DNA of 63,823 nt, counting the filler, from Octopus bimaculoides (taxonomy: Eukaryota): NCBI RefSeq assembly GCF_001194135.2. It is 6 parts of 6 records of this genome, joined end to end, with 100 filler letters (N's around TTAATTAATTAA, not from the genome) between each part and the next. Parts side by side here need not be neighbours in the genome. Positions count along the whole stretch, not along the records: positions 1 to 15,947 come from NC_068989.1; 5 more parts are not named here. One strand, given 5' to 3'. A program made the position numbers and the translations under genes. The first letter of the stretch is position 1; every line of letters starts with the position of its first letter. Shown in pieces: positions 1 to 12,720 of this stretch. Below the pieces are notes generated by a model. That model was not told the DNA's origin, did not search any database, and was given only the letters and a program-made list of their open reading frames with translations.

Positions 1-104
1 CCTTGGAGCTTCGCGACCAGCTTCATCTTCTTTAGCCATGCGACCACGTCCGTGTCGCCGCAAAACGGTTTAATTATATCACTAGAAATCCGGACTACAC
101 TCAT
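1..104 (-). CDS. N-terminus of retrotransposon Gag (runs off the window)
   Basis: Manual translation from ATG at 104: MSVVRISSDIIKPFCGDTDVVAWLKKMKLVAKLQ, resembling the IKPFxG-DVVAWLKKxKLVAKLQ start of invertebrate Ty3/gypsy Gag; begins 19 nt after the PBS. Confidence 0.7.
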   Translation of the reverse strand, partial: MSVVRISSDIIKPFCGDTDVVAWLKKMKLVAKLQ

Positions 105-122
105 AATTTTTTTTCTTTATGG

Positions 123-134
123 GCCGAAATAGCT
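123..134 (-). promoter_or_regulatory. Non-canonical primer-binding site AGCTATTTCGGC abutting the LTR end
   Basis: Directly follows the LTR CA and lacks the usual TGG. It is the exact complement of GCCGAAATAGCT, recalled as nt 1-12 of metazoan tRNA-Phe(GAA). Confidence 0.65.
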
Positions 135-403
135 TGTGGTGAGATGGAGGAAGAAGACAACAAGAAGCAAAAGGACAGAATGAAACGTTGGACCTTACCT
201 TGTCGACCGCAGCGGAGTACACGATCGCTCCTGATCAGAACACGTCTTTCTCGTAACATCGCTGTTTTCTGACTGGCCCCACGTGTTAGCCTTCGACCGC
301 GTGTCGCCCACTTCCGATCTGACCCTTCCGGTCTGGCTTCACCTCTGTTTGCCTCACCCCTCTCCACCACAACACATAGCTCATCACAGCCCATAACACC
401 ACA
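135..403 (-). mobile_element. 5' LTR (269 bp) of a Ty3/gypsy-like retrotransposon
   Basis: On the minus strand it begins TGTGGTG (403-397) and ends CACCACA (141-135): TG...CA with a perfect 7-bp terminal inverted repeat. Outer flank is (TA)n; inner side leads to a PBS-position sequence and a gag-like ORF. Confidence 0.8.
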
Positions 404-561
404 ATATATATATATATTTTTTGTTGTTATTATTTTTAAAAAATATATATATAAATATGTATGTATATATGCTTGGTTGGATGCATGTATGTTTATGTGC
501 ACAGATATGTTTATGTATTTTTATATATATACATATATGTGTGTATGTGTGGATATGTATA

Positions 562-614
<53 letters not shown>

Positions 615-960
615 TTGCGCGTTTATGTATGCATGTGTGTATACGTATGTGCTTATGTATGTATATGTATATATATGTATATATATTTATATATGTATAT
701 ATATATGTATATGTATATGTGTGTGTATATTATGTATATATGGGTATGGATGTGTGTATATATGTATATATATATGTGTATATATTTTATATATATATAT
801 ATATATATATGTGTGTTTGTGTGTGTGTGTATGTATGTATGTGTGTGGGGGGGGGGGTTGTACGTAGGTGTGTATATAGATATGCATATATGTATATATT
901 CGAGTATATGTGTGTTTGTTTGTGTATATATGCGCATACACATAAGTATAAATGATTATA
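404..960. repeat. Compound (TA)n/(TG)n/(TATG)n microsatellite
   Basis: Directly visible; source of the spurious Y/I/C/V/M ORFs. Confidence 0.95.
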
Positions 961-1723
961 TACACTCATCTAAATATTTTTGTAGAAACACAAGATTAAC
1001 CCCATTTATAATGCCTTTTTATTACATAACATTCCTCTCCAATTTTTATCGGATTTATATCATCCTATCGTCTCCCAAATCTACACTCTGAATTTTCTTT
1101 CTCTCTTTTTTTCTTTTTTCTTTTCTTTTCTTCCCTTCTTATCCAACGTACTATCTGGTAGCGTCCTAATCTCCAACGTTTTTTTCAAATGAATTACGTT
1201 ATAACCTTCTCCAACTATAGTTCTCATATTCGGTTATAATGTCTTACGTTTAAGCTGGTTACCATACATTTCCCTGAGGAGAAGTTTACATTTTTAACAT
1301 CGCCGATTCCTGTGGATCGCATAAATTGTAATTCTTCGAAACATATGTCGGAATAAAAGTATGCAGTTATAATATGCGTTTACTCCATTCTTTAAATTTA
1401 TATATACTCAAATACCCAAAATATCAAGGAGTTTCTACCTCATTAACAGGAGTTACACCACGGTTATTTTGTGATATTTGCTACCCTGGTATCTATTAAC
1501 CAATTTATTTTATCCGAGTTATTTATTACTAGGAGAAAATAAATACATATAATAAAATATATTTATATATATATGTATATATGTGTGTGTGTGTGTGTAT
1601 GAATCTATGAGAGCCTATGTGTATGAATATGTGTGTGGATATCTATATGTATGGATGTATATGCATATATATGTCTATACATATGTGTACATTCGTCTTA
1701 ATGTATATGTGTATGGATAACTG

Positions 1724-2906
1724 TCAGGTCATCCCATAAGTTTTGTCCAATTTTACCTTTCTTTAAAATTGAATGAAATTTAATAGTATTTTAGAATGTC
1801 TAATGGAATTAAAAATTATTTTTATGCATTTGTGTACATTTAAACTAATTAAATATTATTTTACAGAATAATAGAATTGAAATTTCTTTGATTAAAACCC
1901 TTTCTAACATGGAAGTATCCAAAGAGTATTTAAGGTGCATAATGCTTTATGAGTACAAAAAAGGAAACTCTGCAGCCAAAGCAACTCGAAACAGACACTC
2001 AGTTTATGGGAAAGAATGCTTGAATGAAAGAACTTGCACAAGATGGNNNNNNNNNNNNNNNNNNNNNNNNNNNNNNNNNNNNNNNNNNNNNNNNNNNNNN
2101 NNNNNNNNNNNNNNNNNNNNNNNNNNNNNNNNNNNNNNNNNNNNNNNNNNNNNNNNNNNNNNNNNNNNNNNNNNNNNNNNNNNNNNNNNNNNNNNNNNNN
2201 NNNNNNNNNNNNNNNNNNNNNNNNNNNNNNNNNNNNNNNNNNNNNNNNNNNNNNNNNNNNNNNNNNNNNNNNNNNNNNNNNNNNNNNNNNNNNNNNNNNN
2301 NNNNNNNNNNNNNNNNNNNTTAAACGTCGTAAACACTGGCTTGGTAAAAGGGAAGGGAACTTCATGGAAAAAAGGTTCTTCTTTCTATCTGGTGGGATTG
2401 CAAAGGAGTAATTCACTTTTAATTGTTACCACCTAATGCAACAATCAATGCTCAAATCTACTGTCAGAAATTAGAGTGTTTGAACCAAGCTTTGAAGAAA
2501 AAAAGATGCACTTTAGTGAATCGAAAAAAAGGAGTGATGTAACATCAGGACAATGCGCGACCCCACACTGCAAAGATCACATCACAGAAGATCAAAGAGC
2601 TTGGTTAGGAAAAAATTCCTCATCCACCTTACTCCTTCAGACTACCATTTCTTTTGTAGTTTACAGAATCATTTGGGAGACATAACTTTCGCAAGCCAGG
2701 AGGAGATCGAAACTGACATTTCAGAGTTCCTTGCTTTGAAGCCAAAAGAGTTTTACATTGATGGGATTAAAAACCTTGTATATAGATGGAAGGAAGTCAT
2801 AGATAATCAGGGAAAGTACATTGATGATTAAATTTCAATTAAACATAATATTTGATCACTTGTTTTCTTTATTCAAAATTCAGATAGAACTTATGGGATG
2901 ACCTGA
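1724..2906 (+). mobile_element. Decayed mariner DNA transposon with both TIRs
   Basis: Left TIR TCAGGTCATCCCATAAGTT (1724) matches the reverse complement of the right TIR ending at 2906, followed by TA. Transposase relics: MEVSKEYLRCIMLYEYKKGNSAAKATRN..ERTCTRW, HQDNARPH, PHPPYS/SDYHFFCSLQNHL, GIKNLVYRWKEVIDNQGKYIDD; stops, frameshifts and a gap. Confidence 0.92.
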
Positions 2907-3600
2907 TATATGTATGGAAATATATGTATATATAAGTGTATACATATGTGTACGTTTGTCTACACGTATCTTATCTATAAAAGGCAGATTTTCTCTCTGT
3001 GTGTGTATGTTTAAAATTCATACATTTACACAATTCCAAATTTCCTGGATTAAAAAATCAGAATTAATATTCTAAATACAATTAGTTAGGTCACTGCGTC
3101 ATTTTTCACTCAAAATAACTCATAATAACGAATAAAATCCATAAAACTACACAAATAAACATTCCCCCCCCTAATAAATTCTAATTTCCTCTTTCTACTA
3201 CCTTTACAAATCCTTTCAACTTCTACTTTCTCTTATGAACCTTTATGAACAATCCAACAACAAATGCAAAAAGAAAGGAAGGAGAAACACTGACTGTAAA
3301 AGAAAACTATTTCAGTATCAAAACTGAAACAATCACATTTCGATAGTGTAATGACAGATAGTTTCACTTTAATGGTTTCATTTTCATACTACATACATAT
3401 ATACATACATACCTCATTCTAATTGGCGGGAATTGTAAGTTATTTCTAACTCGTCCTTCACCATGATAACAACAACAACAAAAAAATAGCCAGGCATCTT
3501 TTTCAAATACTATCGACAAATATTTATTCCCTATACAAACTGTGAGTTTTTTGGAAAATCTTTTCGTAAATCTTGAGATTAACACTTGCACGATTACCTA

Positions 3601-3637
3601 CCTAACCCTAACCCTGACCCTAAAACCCTAACTCTAA
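3601..3637 (-). repeat. Degenerate interstitial (TTAGGG)n tract
   Basis: CCTAACCCTAACCCTGACCCTAAAACCCTAACTCTAA on the plus strand. Confidence 0.7.
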
Positions 3638-3804
3638 CACTGTAGTGAAAATCGTGCGGGTGTTAATCTGAAAATTTAACAATCTTTTTTAAAACACTTT
3701 TACTTACTAACATTTTTTTATTTAGTGTGTGTGTTACCCATATATATATATATATACACTTAGGACTTAGTTGTGGGTTGGGACTTTGATCGGCAGAGGT
3801 CATT

Positions 3805-3960
3805 ATTATTATTTTTTTTTCCCACAAGGGCGGCTTGGGGCAGTGGACAATAGTCGATTATATCGACCCCTGTGTCCAACTGGTACTTATTTTTTAAATC
3901 CCGAAAGGATGAAAGGCAAAGTCGACTTCGGCGGAATTTAAACTCAGAACGTAGAGATGG
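3805..3960 (-). mobile_element. SINE family A, 5'-truncated
   Basis: Reverse complement of GTTCTGAGTTTAAATTCCGCCGAAGTCGACTTTGCCTTTCATCCTTTCGGG...AAGTACCAG core with (AAT)n tail. Confidence 0.85.
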
Positions 3961-5914
3961 GCATAAACCTCCCGTCACTACACTGATTCTGCAGAACAGA
4001 GTTGAGTGTGAAAACCAACTTTAAAGTGTAAATATAGATGTTTTTGAATACACACTCATACATACATACGTACAAATACACACATACATACAAATAAACA
4101 CATGCATACAAATATCTGTCAGTCTCTTCCAAATACGATCGACAGTCAAACATTTATTCCCTACAAACTGAATTTTTTTAATCATCTTTCTTAAAACACA
4201 TTTACTTACTACCATATATATATAGAGAGAGACACAGAATGCACATTAATACACGCATATATACAAATATATATATACATACTTAAGAGATTATTTACAT
4301 CTAGAAGATGCTTCTCTTTCATTCAACTCTGTTGAATGCAGTATTACCTAGGAAGATTTGATGTCATCAGACAGTATTCAATGACCATTGTGTTTTGAAC
4401 CTGTACTATAATACCCTCCCATTAGTAGGCCAAAAGTTGTAACCAAATCAATGCTCATTAGCTCCTCCTTACTTCCAGCTNNNNNNNNNNNNNNNNNNNN
4501 NNNNNNNNNNNNNNNNNNNNNNNNNNNNNNNNNNNNNNNNNNNNNNNNNNNNNNNNNNNNNNNNNNNNNNNNNNNNNNNNNNNNNNNNNNNNNNNNNNNN
4601 NNNNNNNNNNNNNNNNNNNNNNNNNNNNNNNNNNNNNNNNNNNNNNNNNNNNNNNNNNNNNNNNNNNNNNNNNNNNNNNNNNNNNNNNNNNNNNNNNNNN
4701 NNNNNNNNNNNNNNNNNNNNNNNNNNNNNNNNNNNNNNNNNNNNNNNNNNNNNNNNNNNNNNNNNNNNNNNNNNNNNNNNNNNNNNNNNNNNNNNNNNNN
4801 NNNNNNNNNNNNNNNNNNNNNNNNNNNNNNNNNNNNNNNNNNNNNNNNNNNNNNNNNNNNNNNNNNNNNNNNNNNNNNNNNNNNNNNNNNNNNNNNNNNN
4901 NNTATATATATGCATGTATGTATATAAATCAGTATATATGTGTTTGCATGTATGTATGTACATATATACAAATATATATATACATACTTAAGAGATTATT
5001 TACATCTAGAAGATGCTTCTCTTTCATTCAACTCTGTTGAATGCAGTATTACCTAGGAAGATTTGATGTCATCAGACAGTATTCAATGACCATTGTGTTT
5101 TGAACCTGTACTATAATACCCTCCCATTAGTAGGCCAAAAGTTGTAACCAAATCAATGCTCATTAGCTCCTCCTTACTTCCAGCTAAATTACTCTCTCTT
5201 GCACTTTGCAAAATCTGGTTCTTTTTGTTGTTTCTCTCATCCTGCACACAGCTACCTTTAACTCTTTTCTCCTTATTCCAGTGTCTGTAAGTATTCCCCA
5301 TACTAACTGGATAAAGAATCCTCTACAGCCAAACTCAACTGGAAATAGCCATACCTGCCATTCTTCTCCCTGTTATCTGCAAATGGTTCAGATACTTTAT
5401 GCACTTCCATTCAGAATCTTGATCATACTATTCTTCCCATAGGTCAGTAATGTTGATCAGGATAATTTTCTTTGCCTTCTCTGACTTCAAAACTAAACCC
5501 ACTCTCAGGTTTGTCTAGATGACCTTAGGAAGTTACAGCTTTTCCTCCTCTAATTTTCAAATCCAGTGATTGAGCTTCTTACAGCAAACTGATTCTTCTT
5601 TTTGCTGTAATCAATAACTTTTCTCCTTCCCTCATGAACTAAATTTATGGTGTTGTTTTCATTGGTTATTTGTGGTTCTTGTGTCTCTCTTGCTCCAGGG
5701 TATGATGTTACCTGCATCTCCTTTACACCTTGACAAGATGTGTAGATAGAGAAGTGAGTGGGTATGTTCACAAGATTGCAAAAAGAGGGAGATGGAGGGG
5801 AGGTGAATGTGGGTAAGGAGAGGGTGTTGGGGAGATGGGATGTGGGGGTAGATTTGTCAGGAACAGATTGTATATGGGAGCATAGACACAAGCACGTGCC
5901 TTTATAGCATTGAT

Positions 5915-7830
5915 CTTACTTAGCTGGATGGGTCTTCTTCAGCACAGCAAATTGCCAGTTGTCTCAATTCATTGTCATCTTCGTGTGAAGCTCATTTGAA
6001 GATCATTTTTGACCACTTCATCTAGTGTCTTCCTCTTCCACAGATTCCCTCCCAATTCAGAGACTGGTACTAATTTATGCAATGGTTTTCATCCACATGC
6101 ATTACATGTTGATACCAGCAGTCTTCTCTTTTGTACACTACATCTAATGCCTCTAATACCCAACTTTTCTCTCAAAATTTTGTCATACAAGCACAGTGAC
6201 ATTGCATATCCAATGGAGTATGTTGGTTTAATTTCTTTCAAGCCTTTGTATGTTCCCTTCATTCATAGCTTGTGTTTCTTTATCATGTAGTATTGCTGTT
6301 GATACACAGGCATCATACAATCTGCCTTTTACTTTGAGGGAGAATCCTTTTGTTACCTACAAAGGTAAAAGCTTTATGAACATTGTCCAGCCAGTTCTTA
6401 TTCTAGCAACTATGCTTTCAGAATATCCTCCTCCACAGCTAATTTGGTCACCTAGGTAATGGTAACTACCTACTGCCTCTAAAAAAAACCCTGGGCATTT
6501 GAGGAAATCTATTTTCTGTGTGTTCTTAGTGCTTACAGTTCCTTCACATCTGCCACATACAAAGACTACTTTCTCTATTAACCTTCCTATGATTCCACTG
6601 TTCTTTTTATATGTCCATAGCTTGCACTGGCTACACTGTATGGAATTTCTACCTACATCCTTTCTACATATTGAGGAGGTTCATTTCCATTAGTAATTTG
6701 ACTGTTTTCTGCTTACTAGGACTTTGGTCTTTGCTAAATTGGCTCTAAGGCCCTTTGATTCAAGTCCTTGCTTCCATACCTGACATTTCTCCTTTAATTC
6801 TATTGGAGATTAAACTATAAGAACAAGGTCATCAGCATAGAGGAGCTTCCAGGGGCAATCCGTTTTAAATTCCTCTGTTATAGCTGGGATGACTGATAAA
6901 CTAGAAGGGACAGAAAACCAATCCTTGGTGAACTCCTACCTGTACACTAAGTTCGTTGCTATACTCATTGCTGACCTTCACCTTGATAACATCATCCCTG
7001 TACATGGCTTGGACAACTCTCACCAGCTTCTCATCTACTCCTAGCTTGTTTATCCATTAACCACCAGATGATGGAGTGAAGGACCCTGTCAGAGGCTTTC
7101 TCCATGTTGACAAATGCCAAGTAGAGTGGTTAAGTTTTGTCTTACTAGGAAGAAAGCATCAGTAGTGCTTCCACAGCACAAAATCAAGCTGCATGACATT
7201 TAGATTAACTCTCTTCCTAATTAGTTGAACTATGACCCTTTCTGTAACTTTCATGACCTGGTCCAGCAATTTGATACCTCTCTAATTATTTCTATCTAAA
7301 GCATCTTCTTTACTTTTGTGGCAGTTGAAAATAATGTTGCTACACCAGTTGTTGGGTATAACAACCTGATTAACTACATGGATGACTAAGTCATATACCA
7401 CTCCACCATATATTTTAAGTATATCAGCGATAAATCCTGATGAACTAGGAGCTTTCCTTGTCTTTCTTCATTGCTTTATCTATCATGCTGCTGTCAACTC
7501 AGATAGCTGAGCCACATTAGGAACACTCTCTCTTTTCTATGCATTCTCCACATTTAGCAGCCTTTCATAGTGGCATTTCCATGCCTCTTTCTTTGCAAGT
7601 TATTTGTAACAGGCTGTTATTTTTATTGCTTTCTGTCCAGACTCCTATCCTAAACTTCACTCATCTGAGAGAGCTAAGCAGATAATTGAAACGTGAGGAT
7701 TTCCATAGTAAATATCCTCCATGAATCTTTATCCTCTGTAATTATCAGAATGATTTCCATAATATCAAATTTTCCTAACCCTCCACATCCTTCACGTGAC
7801 TAAAATCTTCAGATATATAGACAGGTAGCA
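5915..7830 (-). mobile_element. Degenerate RTE-clade LINE (endonuclease end, RT, C-terminus)
   Basis: Minus-strand relics including VGVHQG-L-SPLLFI, EEFKTGCPWKLLYADDLVL, WKQGLESKGLRANLAKTK and C-terminal RKTLDEVV; many stops. Confidence 0.85.
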
Positions 7831-8617
7831 GGACCGGAAAATGAAAAGACAGAGGAAGAGGAGAAAGAAACAGTGTGTGTGTATGAGTGTGCATGAGAGA
7901 AAGAGAGAAAATCAGATAGACAGAGGAATGAAGTAAAGATAGAAGAAAGAGAAAGGAAGATTCATTTCACTGTGTATGTGATAGAGTGAAAGTAAAAAAA
8001 AAGTAGAGGGTGTAAGAAAAAGAGGTTGAGAATGAGACAGAGAGAAAGCATGAGTGAAGGAGTGGGAGAGAGGGATGGAGAATCTATTGACAGTAGCTTG
8101 AAACTTCTTATCTCAGTTCATCATCACACTCTACCTAGCTCCACCCTGCTAACATTAAGTAAAGTAAGTCACCTCTCTTATTCCAGAAGTAACATAATTT
8201 ATCTAACACTTATGGCAGATCACCTTACATATATAGAGTTACAAATAAGGTTATAGACTGATTTGACATCTGCACTGAATGGTATTAGATGAAGCTACTG
8301 ATGATGATGGTAATGATGAAGATGGCTGTAGCAGTGATGATGGTAATGATTGTAGGGGTAAGATGGATGATAGTAATCTGGTAGTAATGAATATAATGCT
8401 AGTGATGGGAGTAGGGTATTTCTGAAAGTAATGTTAATATAAGTGGCAAAATATAGCTGTGATGCTGCTTATGATGAGAATTATTTTAGTTTTGGCAAAA
8501 ATAACACTAGGTAACTGAAAAAAATTGTAAAGAATTTCTGTGCAAAACACAGTAACTGTAAATAAAATTAATAAAATAAAAATAAGTAAATAAAAAATAA
8601 TCAAGTCCAAGACTTAC

Positions 8618-9081
8618 ATCATCACTGTTTTGGAATGAAGAATTTCCATTGAGAGAAAGTTTTCGTGAGCGACAGCATGCCACAGCAGCAATCTTAGCTG
8701 CTGGAGGAGACTTTACTTTTGCCTGACTTTTGTCTGTAGCAGGTAATCCTGAGTTGCCTGTTGATGAATCAGAGACAACAGACGTTGTAGTAGTACTGGT
8801 GGAAGTAAAGGAAGGTGAGGAGGAGGCAATGATGGTAGTAGAATTGGTAATGTCATTAGTAGTGGTAGCAACAGATATAACACCACCACTACTATTATAA
8901 CTATTAGTGTTACTATCTAGAGGTAAGTTATTGCTACTGACAACACTGACTGTGGTAGAAGATGCAGAACTTATTGGCGTTGTAATAGTTGTTATTGTTG
9001 TTCTTGTAGGCTGATTTTCCAGTAAAGGTATCAACTCAGGTTGTAAAACTGTCTCTTCTCCTTCACTGTCTGATGCTGACA
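8618..9081 (-). CDS. Host gene coding exon, Ser/Thr-rich N-terminal-type region; product unidentified
   Basis: 464-nt open exon bounded by a strong acceptor (TTTGTTTTGCAG|TG at 9082/9081) and a consensus donor (GAT|GTAAGT at 8618/8617). Encodes SASDSEGEETVLQPELIPLLENQ...KVKSPPAAKIAAVACCRSRKLSLNGNSSFQNSDD; not a simple repeat. Confidence 0.8.
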
Positions 9082-11175
9082 CTGCAAAACAAAGTTATAC
9101 ATTGTATACAAACAAATTTATGCACACACACACACACACACACACGCGCGCGCGCGTGCACACGCACGCACACACACACACGCTTTCACACACAAACATA
9201 TGGGGAGTAGAGAAAGAAAACAAAGTATTTTTAGTAAATGAAGAAGGAAGAAATAAACTCCTATCTTTAAAATTCAAAGAAAAACTACTTAACCTTTTGG
9301 TTAGCAAATGCAACCTTCACTTCATGAATATAGTTTGAATGTTTTCAGTTGAACATGTATTCCTGCTTTTAAGCAAGACCCTATCTAGCTTACTGTATAT
9401 TTATATCTTAATCTATGTCTTTTACTGCTAATACAATGTTCTCTGCTCCCTTATGCAAGCGGACACTCCCTCGGGGTATACACCAAATTTTGTTTAACTC
9501 TTTCATCATTAGACTAACACTGACCAGGAAATCTGCTGTCTTGATTTTCTTTCCAAATACAAGTATTTTCAACTAAAACTAATTAGTAACAGCTCTAAAT
9601 GTATCATAACTGTTTAATTTTAATGCAAAATAAAATAATTTAGATGGAATAAGGTATATGCAGGTAACTACAGAATAAATATATAAAATCAAACTATTCA
9701 AGACATTTAAATTTGGATAGAATAGCGGTATAGCATGAGTTGAGATTGATATAGACAGATTTTGAATTTAGATATAGTTGACTTTGGTATTTACAAAGTG
9801 TTCTTAATTCCAACAATGAAATAGAAGTTGTATATATACAGTGAAAGAGAGATGTGCTCCACAAAATACTCTCTTAAAGAAAATTCAAACTTTTAATCAT
9901 GTAGATAGTTTAGCATTCTAATAATCTAACCCCTGCGACAGATATTTATACCACTGAATAAGAAATTGATTGATGAGGTGAGTTAATAAGCAAGTTTAAT
10001 ATAAAAATAAATTGTTTTGCTACCTAAATGAAGAAATTTTGGTAAAATATGTTTTCTATGAGCTAAGCTCAATGTCTAATTTCTCCAGAGCCAATTTACA
10101 CCGAGTTATTTGTATTTGATATATTGACCCCCAGTGCTGATCCCAGTAAAACTAACCTCAGAATAGTGAGATTCAAACTTAAGACAACTAAGCCTCTACC
10201 ACTATACTAGATAATGTCACATTAAGTAATCTGCACCGTAATACTTTGAAAGGGGTTATATAATGCAAATATGTTTACTATTTTAATATTGGTTTCTTAA
10301 TTTGACAAAACTTTAAATTTTAATAAATAACCAGAAACAAGATTGTGTAGTATTCACACCAATCTCAAGTATTAGTAACACAACTGAAGCAAAATGCCTT
10401 TGCTTAAATGACATCCATTCGAATATTATAACATTAAATGATAGCAAGTACTAGTTAGCAAGAAGCAATAATAGTTGGCTTCTCTTCAGTTGCTAATGTA
10501 CTTAAGAAACGCAAAAATGTTATGTCTCATTTTCTCAATGTTAAGCTTTGTATCTGAAGAAATCATTACAACAGAACAGAAATTAAAATAAAATGCAATG
10601 TAAAAAATGATTTCCTAATTATATATGTAAATTTGAAGTATACTTCCAAAGGTTACTGGAATCTGTTATATCACTTTTCTTTAGAGATATCCACCAGTAG
10701 CTAATTATTCTCATTAACCTCAGAAGAGTGTTTCAAGACTCTGCCTCATGGTACAATTTTAGTTCAGAACTACAAATTAATGAAAATCCCCAATTAAACT
10801 GCTCCTGTTGATAGTAAGCTGCATCTCCTCATGGTAATGATTTACAGCTAATTAAGTATGTTAGACACATCTACAGCATGAGTTACAAGATTCAAGTTCT
10901 GACCCTAACATTTGGTCAATTTAACCAGATTCAAATTTGAATACCAAAACTAATTTTTGGAATCTGTTACAAGGAGACCATTTAATCATCACATGCTACC
11001 CTGCTTAATACCAATCAGTTATGAAATTGCTACAATCTGATTTTAAGTATATTAGCTGAGACAAGTAGAGTTACAATGTTTGACTTATCAATGCAATTCA
11101 TTGGTAGTTCTACAACCTGAAAATGTGATTCAGAACATTTTAATAACTCAAAACTAAATTACAACTGAAACTTAC

Positions 11176-11327
11176 CTATTGTTATTCAAATAGAGATTCA
11201 GATTTATATCTAATATTCTTCACTCTAAACTTTAGTAAAACAGCATTTCCCTCCATGTCAACATAAAATATACTGTTCTGTAGCATAGTTTCTTCCATCT
11301 ACTACTTCATTAATTATTTTGGTTTAC
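11176..11327 (-). other. Candidate upstream non-coding exon of the same gene
   Basis: AAAATTTAG| acceptor and AG|GTAAGT donor, 152 nt; in-frame TGA if joined to the 9081 exon. Confidence 0.35.
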
Positions 11328-11943
11328 CTAAATTTTGAAGAGGTTTATGGGACTAGTTGGTCTTTACAATATCATTGGAGTAAAAAAATTCCTTTCAAAC
11401 TGGAAAAAAAAACCCTACAAGCAGTCACATAAGAGAATCACTGAAAAAAATTTGAAACGATTTTCTTGTACATTCACTAATTTTAAAGCTTATGTCAAAA
11501 GCTTAAATAGAATCATACAATATACAAATAATATATATTGTGGAAAGCTTTAGTAATGACAAATATAAACTGTTAGGAGAAATGGTAGAAATCTGCACTG
11601 GACATTGAAATAGAAAGTTGTAATATGTAAGTATGAATGAATTGGGACAATATTTGCCTCTAACATATTTGAATTGTCAATCAAATTAACTGAATTAAAA
11701 AAAAAAAAAGTTAAAGTACTTGGGATGATCTTTATACCAGTTCAAACAACTGAACAAAACTGATATTGTTAGATAAAGGTTAAATATTTGGAATAGTGTA
11801 TTGTTCTGGTTCAAAGACAAATTACTTGAAAAACTAATGCTAGGAATTGTGAATTAGTGAGGCCCAAACGAAATATTCATAAAAATATGTGTGTGCGTGT
11901 ATGTATGTAATTACATACAGGGACAAAATGCATTTCTATCCTG

Positions 11944-11989
<46 letters not shown>

Positions 11990-12109
11990 ATGTAGATGGG
12001 CATGAGTGTGTGTGAGTGTTAACATATATATTTGAATAAATATAAATACACCTGACAGAATGTTACCAATGGTTTTGTACCAACTATTGCAGTTGATTTG
12101 AATAGATAT

Positions 12110-12720
12110 ATCTTTACTCATTTCAGTCATTGAACAGTGGCCATGCTGGGGCACTGTCTTGATGGGTTTAGTTGAACAAATCAATTCAGGTACTATCTTT
12201 ATTTTTAATCTTTGTCCTTATTCTGTTGCTGAACCACTAAATCATTGAGACATAAACGAATCAACACTGGTTGTCAAGCAGTGGCAAGTGACAAACACAA
12301 ACGTATGCATGCACACACGCATACACACATACCTTTTCTGTCCATCTTGTGTGCACTTGCCTTCTGCCCATTTACTGTAAAACAGTCTTTTGGGTAGTCG
12401 CATGTCAGGCATTCAAACAAGGTGGCCTGCCCATCTGACTTGCTATCTCCTCAGCAGTGTGTAAATGCTTGGCAAATCAGCTCAAGAGAGGACTTCCATG
12501 TCTGGGACCTTGTCTTGCCAGGGTTCCCAGGAAATTCACATATACATACAAAATGTGTTCCTTTCAGTTTCCATGTAGCAAATCCGCTCACAAGGCTTTA
12601 GTTGACCTTGTGCTATAGTAGAAGACACTTGTCCAAGGTTCCATGCAGTGGGACTAAACCTAAGATTGCATAGTTGAAAAGCAAGTTTCTTAACCAAAGA
12701 GCCACACCTACACCTATAAC
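12110..12720 (-). mobile_element. SINE family B, old copy split by an ~200-bp insert in its internal microsatellite
   Basis: tRNA-like head and CAAGTGTCTTCTACTATAG core at 12550-12720; TTGACAACC...CAGCATGGCC...ATGACTGAAA tail at 12110-12310; unrelated sequence between. Confidence 0.7.

Noticed and set aside
421-1091. Long Y/I/C/V/M/H/T-rich ORFs here and throughout the window
   Set aside because: Translations of (TA)n, (CA)n and (TATG)n microsatellites, which lack stops in several frames.
1140-1500. Possible retroelement coding relic on the minus strand
   Set aside because: No diagnostic motif could be read with confidence.
4290-4375. Minus-strand CTGATGA...GAAA with a CATTCAAC/GTTGAATG hairpin
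   Set aside because: Stem I and stem III cannot form in the required register.
4256-5185. Perfect 225-bp direct repeat (4256-4480 and 4961-5185)
   Set aside because: Identical copies either side of a gap, the first ending at the gap edge; most likely an unmerged contig overlap.
8250-8422. Open phase-0 frame after a CTTTCAG acceptor, as next exon of the 8618 gene
   Set aside because: Largely degenerate (CAT)n sequence; openness is expected by chance.
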